Below, in pieces: positions 63,301 through 64,000 of a stretch of DNA of 64,000 nucleotides (positions are counted from its first letter, which is position 1; every line of letters starts with the position of its first letter). Below the pieces are notes generated by a model. It saw nothing but the letters and a program-made list of their open reading frames with translations, ran no database searches and was not told the DNA's origin. Made by a program: the position numbers and the translations under genes. The stretch is from Candidatus Saccharimonadales bacterium. Its GTDB lineage: Bacteria > Patescibacteriota > Saccharimonadia > Saccharimonadales > JBBQKK01. The DNA is taken from contig JBBQKK010000001.1 of assembly GCA_038326785.1 (NCBI GenBank), positions 19,813-83,812 on the forward strand, given 5' to 3'.

Positions 63301-63889
63301 GCAGCAAGGTAGTAACAGCAATTTTTCGCTTGCGATCGATTTTTACAAAAATAGCACCAGATGCAGCGGTCTCGAATTCGAGCCATGCACCACGGCCAGG
63401 AATAACTTTTGCGCCATAGAGGTTGGAAGTTCCATGTTGGTCGGCGGTAAAGAACACACCTGCAGAGCGGATAAGCTGAGAAACAACAACGCGCTCGGCG
63501 CCGTTAATCACAAAAGTACCGCGCTCAGTCATCCATGGGTAGTCACCCAAGTAGATTTCCTGTTCCTTAACTTCACCAGTAACCTTGTTGGTTAGTACAA
63601 CAGTGGCCTTCAGTGGAGCTTCATAAGAAACATTGTTTTCTCGAGCTTCAGACTCTGGAATCTTTGGATCCTCAAAGCGATAATCTTTAAACGATAATGT
63701 CAGCTTCGCTCCCGTATAGTCGTCGATAGGGCTAATTTCAGCGAGTAACTCGCCAAGGCCTTCTTCTACAAACCATTGAAAAGAACGATTCTGATGATCT
63801 ACCAAATTTGGCAGGTCGAGAATATCGTCAGTTTTAGTGAAAAAAGTTCGTTTCGCATGTGCAGTACTAGCACTTCCGCTTTTAGCCAT
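60326..63889 (-). CDS. rpoB: DNA-directed RNA polymerase subunit beta (acidic C-terminal tail)
   Basis: 1187 aa: GTFVINGAERVVVSQL, SQLSQFMDQ.NPL, NMGQ-type LNPLGVPSRMNIGQ, GEMEVWALEAYGA. Confidence 0.97.
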   Translation of the reverse strand: MAKSGSASTAHAKRTFFTKTDDILDLPNLVDHQNRSFQWFVEEGLGELLAEISPIDDYTGAKLTLSFKDYRFEDPKIPESEARENNVSYEAPLKATVVLTNKVTGEVKEQEIYLGDYPWMTERGTFVINGAERVVVSQLIRSAGVFFTADQHGTSNLYGAKVIPGRGAWLEFETAASGAIFVKIDRKRKIAVTTLLRALGMSEAQMKETFKHVDSGKTNYIDQTIEKDPTRGTNDALIEVYRRLRPGDLATVDNARGLLENMFYNFKRFDFSRVGRYKINKRLNIDIPNTTENRVMRLEDLQAIIAEIIRLNNTQEPADDIDSLANRRVKLVGELVQRQFRIGLLRMERNTKDRMSMSEIETVTPAQLINARPIVAAVREFFASSQLSQFMDQINPLSELAHKRRLSSMGPGGLSRERAGFEVRDAHATHYGRICAVETPEGANIGLVLNLASYARINDYGFIETPYRKVLNAVTPKEAAGYIAAVDFEDEAGKVIVAKDAVITEDQAKKLATVKGRATWPIKPVITRDVVFMDAAEEEHATIASAGEEIDENGHFVNARVPVRRNLKSGEVDADEVTHLDASRMQIIGSSAGLIPFIEKNYVYRSLMGSNQQRQAVPLVRPNSPIVGTGMENTAARNTGQLLVAEGDGEVVKAEGSEVKVAYGKNITTYHPQHFIRSNEGTSINQKVVVTTGDKVKAGDPLVEGMSVSGGELALGKDLLVAFMPWSGYNFEDAIVISRKLVEDDTLTSVHIVDFMVEVRETKLGPEIVTRDIPNVSEEALRHLDEDGIVRIGAEVHPGDILVGKITPKGEQELSSEERLLRAIFGEKAKEVRDTSQRMSNGKHGKVVGVKVFSRANGHELKAGVIMQIQVFVAQMRKISVGDKLGGRHGNKGVIARVLPQEDMPFMADGTPVDIILNPLGVPSRMNIGQLFETHLGMAARALGMKVASPSFNGVSTEKIRELLTEAGLPDDGKQQLFDGRTGEAYTERTTVGSMYMIKLNHMIADKIHARSTGPYTMVTQQPLGGKAQNGGQRFGEMEVWALEAYGAANTLQEMLTIKSDDVYGRSKAYESIIKQMEIVGPKVPESFNVLVKELQGLGLKVDLVTSDAVIDAEEVLAENIKEEAEHLSEVEVPAPSISDIDLTQETPGDDFVVMEMDDNIPATTVIANEDIDDTALVSVDDEEEEA

Positions 63890-64000
63890 AAGCTATAAAC
63901 TCCCACTTGTCTTAAGCCTTTCGAGATCAAATCTCAGAAAGGTAATAGTAATAAAATATGTAATTTAGTTGTTGTAGTTTGCGCGCGAAGGATACCTACG

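Noticed and set aside
63917-63942. 11-bp bulged hairpin in the rpoB 5' region, considered as a terminator or attenuator.
   Set aside because: There is no U-run on the coding strand, and the upstream context is cut by the window edge. There is too little information to call it.
1-64000. CRISPR arrays, IS elements, integrases, prophage structural genes, or toxin-antitoxin and defence cassettes.
   Set aside because: I found no direct-repeat/spacer periodicity, no transposase or integrase-like ORFs, and no recognisable defence-gene motifs in any frame of the ORF track. The absence is by visual inspection only.

Overview
This window is almost entirely the core information-processing backbone of a small-genome bacterium, and nearly all genes are on the minus strand.

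Gene order in minus-strand transcription direction (64 kb down to 1):
- rpoB-rpoC, then rpsL, an unannotated 56-codon ORF, rpsG and fusA.
- An inserted GDE-type alpha-glucan hydrolase, then tuf and rpsJ.
- An inserted pair: a class-A beta-lactamase-like serine hydrolase on the + strand and a small membrane protein.
- rplC through rplO with no rpmD (L30), then secY and infA with no adk or map between them.
- rpmJ-rpsM-rpsK-rpsD-rpoA-rplQ joined directly to rplM-rpsI.
- An RsmB-family methyltransferase, trpS, rluD, holB and a TPR protein.
- tRNA-Thr and tRNA-Tyr (+ strand), purF, tRNA-Thr, a PspC-domain protein and rpmG.
- A + strand GT4/GH57/GH15 alpha-glucan cluster beside tRNA-Trp.
- An AAA kinase, a YgjP peptidase and an orphan PAS histidine kinase, then a GT2 membrane glycosyltransferase (+).
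- secE-nusG, a sigma-70 factor, rplK, a 100-codon unknown ORF and rplA.
- A roughly 5 kb insert: a P-loop kinase, dcd, a tmk::thyX fusion, two + strand unknown ORFs and a candidate sRNA.
- rplJ-rplL, an unknown ORF, a CDP-alcohol phosphatidyltransferase, dnaX, dnaB, a membrane protein, ybaB, recR and a truncated DHH phosphoesterase.

The genetic code is standard, because UGA is used as a stop in ATGA gene overlaps. I saw no CRISPR array, rRNA, transposase or integrase.

The missing L30, the extended ribosomal proteins, the reduced operons and the GH15/GH57 genes suggest a Patescibacteria/CPR organism, possibly Saccharibacteria-like. That is inference only.

Observations I consider most worth follow-up:
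1. Structural-zinc cysteine ligands are missing from several unrelated conserved proteins: both RpoC zinc sites, RecR, DnaX and L36.
2. Classical conserved operon junctions are interrupted by inserted genes that carry their own promoters and terminators.
3. An orphan promoter-terminator unit encodes a candidate structured sRNA.
4. Unannotated small ORFs lie between rpsL and rpsG, and upstream of trpS. The trpS one contains Trp codons and is followed by a terminator.
5. Tmk is fused to a tandem ThyX and overlaps dcd.

All homology statements come from motif recognition by eye. No database search or numerical computation was possible.
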